A stretch of 64,000 nucleotides of DNA. It comes from Candidatus Uhrbacteria bacterium CG_4_9_14_3_um_filter_41_35. GTDB taxonomy: Bacteria > Patescibacteriota > Patescibacteriia > UBA9934. A program made the position numbers and the translations under genes. The notes under the pieces are model-generated. The model saw nothing but the letters and a program-made list of their open reading frames with translations. It made no database searches and was not told the origin of the DNA. Each line of letters starts with the position of its first letter. The stretch's first letter is position 1. Positions 61,122 to 64,000 of this stretch are shown here, in pieces. The stretch covers positions 8,831 through 72,830 of the forward strand of contig PFWT01000006.1 of the NCBI GenBank assembly GCA_002791275.1, in the 5' to 3' direction.

Positions 61122-62252
61122 ATGACTATGAAGATCGGAATTGACGCACGATTTTATGGACCTCGCGTAGGTGGTGGTGGCATTGGAAGATATGTCGCAG
61201 AATTAGTGACTCATTTGCAGGAACTTGATCAGGAAAATGAATACATAATTTTCTTAAAAAAAGAAAATTTCCACGAATGCAAAATCACTAATCCCAATTT
61301 TTACAAAAAAATGGTAGATGTTCATTGGTACGGTTTAAAGGAGCAGATGGTGATGCCGAGAGAAGTTCGGCTATCTAAAGTTGATTTTATGCATTACCCC
61401 CACTGGAACATTCCACTTTTTTCTAGAGTCCCTTTCATAGTCACGGTCCACGATCTCATTTTAATCGAAGACAAACACTCAGCTAGATCGAGTACACGAA
61501 ACAAAATATTGCACGGTTTCAAATACGCAATTTTTAGAACGGTGCTTGAAAATGCCATTCACCGAAGCAAACATATTTTAACCGTTTCAAGTTACAGCAA
61601 AGAAGCTATTTTAAAACATTTCGGTATCCGCCAGGACAAAATTACGGTTACGCCAAACGGAATCATTCCTGCCCTAAACAATAAAAATATCAGTCTCACA
61701 AAGATGGGCGTTTACGAACCGTATTTTCTCTATGTTGGCAACGCCTACCCGCATAAAAATCTTGAAACAATGTTAGAGGCTTTTGCTGATTTTTCTGAAA
61801 AAATTCCGTACGTTCAATTAGTTATTGCTGGCAGAAGAGACATGTTTTCTAAAAAGCTAGAAAAATATGCTCGGGAATTAGGGGTGAACCAAGAACGTTT
61901 ACGTTTTATCGATCTGCCAAGCGATGATGAAATATCTGCCCTCTATAGATCATCCAATCTCTTCATCTACCCGTCTAAACTCGAGGGCTTTGGTATGCCA
62001 CCGCTTGAAGCTATGAGCTATGGTACGCCTGTTGCTGCGGCTTTTGCCTCCAGTTTGCCGGAAGTCCTCGGTAGCTCTGCACATTATTTTAACCCTGAAG
62101 AGGCTGATCAACTTGAAAAAATAATGATTGAAGCCATAAAAAATCCTGAGCTTATTCGTTCTAAAGTTGAAGCTGGTAAAGAACAGGTGAAAAAATTCAC
62201 CTGGAAAAACTTAGCCGAGAAAACCCTAGCCGAATATAAAAAAATGCGTTAG
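61122..62252 (+). CDS. GT4 glycosyltransferase
   Basis: KIGIDAR, GIGRY, YPHKN, EGFGMPPLEAM. Confidence 0.93.
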   Translation: MTMKIGIDARFYGPRVGGGGIGRYVAELVTHLQELDQENEYIIFLKKENFHECKITNPNFYKKMVDVHWYGLKEQMVMPREVRLSKVDFMHYPHWNIPLFSRVPFIVTVHDLILIEDKHSARSSTRNKILHGFKYAIFRTVLENAIHRSKHILTVSSYSKEAILKHFGIRQDKITVTPNGIIPALNNKNISLTKMGVYEPYFLYVGNAYPHKNLETMLEAFADFSEKIPYVQLVIAGRRDMFSKKLEKYARELGVNQERLRFIDLPSDDEISALYRSSNLFIYPSKLEGFGMPPLEAMSYGTPVAAAFASSLPEVLGSSAHYFNPEEADQLEKIMIEAIKNPELIRSKVEAGKEQVKKFTWKNLAEKTLAEYKKMR

Positions 62253-62275
62253 TCATTCAACAACTATAAACCTTT

Positions 62276-64000
62276 ATGCGTGACCAAAAAGTTAATATTA
62301 AAAAACAAAATGAGGAACAAAATGTTTCCATGCTTTTTGATGACGCTCTGCCAGAATCACTCAAGTTCGAAGGCGTGGTGCCTAAAAATAAAAAAGGTTT
62401 GAATTTACACACCGACAACACCACACCACTTTCTCCATACATCATCCACCTTTCAAATCACGAGGAGCCACAAAGTGCTACGCCAAATTTGGATGCTTTA
62501 GCTGAAAGTTTAATGATCGACCCAGAACTATTGCTTGACGACGATTCTGCGTTTGTTGATGAAAATGATTTGTCACTTACTTTCGATGAAATAGTTGCTC
62601 AACTAAGTGAACCGAAATATTTAGAAGTTCCAAAAGCTAAAACTGTATTTAAAAAAATAAACTCAAATATTTGTCCTGCAGAAGTACCCGTACAGAACCA
62701 ACTTCCGCAAGATATTTACAGTGAAATAGCTAGTTTTGAAATAACCGAGTTTACACGCGATGATCTTGTAAGTCTACTTCTTGAGTTAATCAAATCACAG
62801 GAAGAATTCGAAGAATTTTCAGAAAACAACAAAGGCTATGTAATTCACGAAGACAGTGGTATTGCTGAAGAAATTGAAACGATGTTTGAAGAAGAGGCTA
62901 AAAAAACTAGCTCGAGCTTTTTTGGACTGTTACCATTTTTAGGTGAAGTTAGGTTTAGAGCTATCGCAGTTTTTGTCCTACTTTCCTTCTCGATTGTACT
63001 ACCCCTTCAGGCAATGAAAAGCATTTCTGGGGTTACAGATCGTCAGGCCACTATTACCAATGCCGGAAAAGCGGCCATAGAAAACTTTACACGTGGTACG
63101 GACGCGCTCGAAGCTGATCGTTTTGACGTTGCAGGTTCGAACTTCAGAAGAGCTTCGGAAAATTTTGCTGATGCCGAAGAAAGCCTTGCAAGTTTAAATT
63201 TAGCAGTCCAAGGTATTGCAAAGGCTATCCCAAAAACAGATAGAACCCTGGAAACTGCTAAAGGTTTAATCGAAGCTGGACAGTCACTTTCACTAGCTGC
63301 ATCTCAACTATCAGACGCAGCACAAAATATAAAGGCTCAGCAGTCACCAACAATTTCAACAAAGCTCGCAATGATGAAAACCTACGTTGAAAGTATTTTG
63401 CCAAAAATTGACACTGCTTCTAAAGCGCTCGAAAAAGTTGATCCAAGCGTTTTGGGTGCAGAAGAGGCAATTAAAGTGAGTGAGCTCAAAGATAAAACGC
63501 CAAAAATTGCTGAATCAATGCGTGAATTCATTGAGTTTGCCGACACTCTTACAACAATTTTGGGTGATGAACGAAAAATGAAATATTTGATCGCCTTCCA
63601 AAACAACACTGAGTTACGACCAACTGGTGGATTTATCGGTAGTTTTGCAGAGATGGATATGTTAAACGGCGAAATTACAAATATCCACATTCCAGAGGGT
63701 GGCACTTATGATCTTCAGGGTCAGCTCACCAAGTTTGTAGAAGCGCCTCAGCCACTTGGTCTAATTAACGATCGCTGGGAATTTCACGACGCTAACTGGT
63801 TCCCAGATTTTCCAACTTCAGCTAGAAAATTAATGTGGTTCTACGATAAAGCCGGTGAACCAACTGTGGATGGTGTTATCGCAATTAACGCAGACCTTAT
63901 CCCTGCCCTACTCGAAATTACTGGACCAATTGAAATGCCGACCTACGAACGGACAATTGATTCAGAAAACTTCCTTTTCGAAACTCAAAAAATCGTGGAA
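62276..64000 (+). CDS. DUF4012-domain membrane-anchored protein, runs off window
   Basis: Frame starting at ATG 62276 is the same frame as the YLIAFQNNTELRPTGGFIGSF and DANWFPDFPTSA motifs; one TM segment. Confidence 0.88.
   Translation, partial: MRDQKVNIKKQNEEQNVSMLFDDALPESLKFEGVVPKNKKGLNLHTDNTTPLSPYIIHLSNHEEPQSATPNLDALAESLMIDPELLLDDDSAFVDENDLSLTFDEIVAQLSEPKYLEVPKAKTVFKKINSNICPAEVPVQNQLPQDIYSEIASFEITEFTRDDLVSLLLELIKSQEEFEEFSENNKGYVIHEDSGIAEEIETMFEEEAKKTSSSFFGLLPFLGEVRFRAIAVFVLLSFSIVLPLQAMKSISGVTDRQATITNAGKAAIENFTRGTDALEADRFDVAGSNFRRASENFADAEESLASLNLAVQGIAKAIPKTDRTLETAKGLIEAGQSLSLAASQLSDAAQNIKAQQSPTISTKLAMMKTYVESILPKIDTASKALEKVDPSVLGAEEAIKVSELKDKTPKIAESMREFIEFADTLTTILGDERKMKYLIAFQNNTELRPTGGFIGSFAEMDMLNGEITNIHIPEGGTYDLQGQLTKFVEAPQPLGLINDRWEFHDANWFPDFPTSARKLMWFYDKAGEPTVDGVIAINADLIPALLEITGPIEMPTYERTIDSENFLFETQKIVE

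Overview
AT-rich bacterial chromosomal window, most likely from a Patescibacteria/CPR (Parcubacteria-like) genome. This is inferred from DUF4012, a VirB2/TrbC-like pilin fusion, secG-oppA-rnj synteny and housekeeping genes mostly lacking Shine-Dalgarno sites; translation table 11 fits. Most of the window is housekeeping: rsmA, tsaC, prfB, groEL/ES, yidC, nusA, argS/tyrS/valS/trpS, cca, rluD, cmk, rplS, uvrA, secG, rnj, rnpB, four tRNAs and a surface-glycan cluster. Five things stand out. (1) A type IC restriction-modification locus next to tRNA-Val has an ABC-ATPase with a HEPN-like RxxxxH tail inserted between hsdM and hsdS (PrrC-like logic), preceded by a duplicated hsdM 3' end. (2) A non-coding composite repeat occurs twice (about 11.2-12.1 kb and 37.5-38.2 kb). 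It is built from CGTC-type REP doublets and ends in a conserved cap containing a perfect 51-bp palindrome whose single central base is C in one copy and G in the other. (3) A tRNA-Ile carries the rare UAU anticodon. (4) Several GC-richer orphan genes are each packaged as a promoter/leader/SD/terminator unit. (5) The RNase P RNA has an apparent long insertion in the P9 region. All calls come from reading motifs by eye; no database searches were run.
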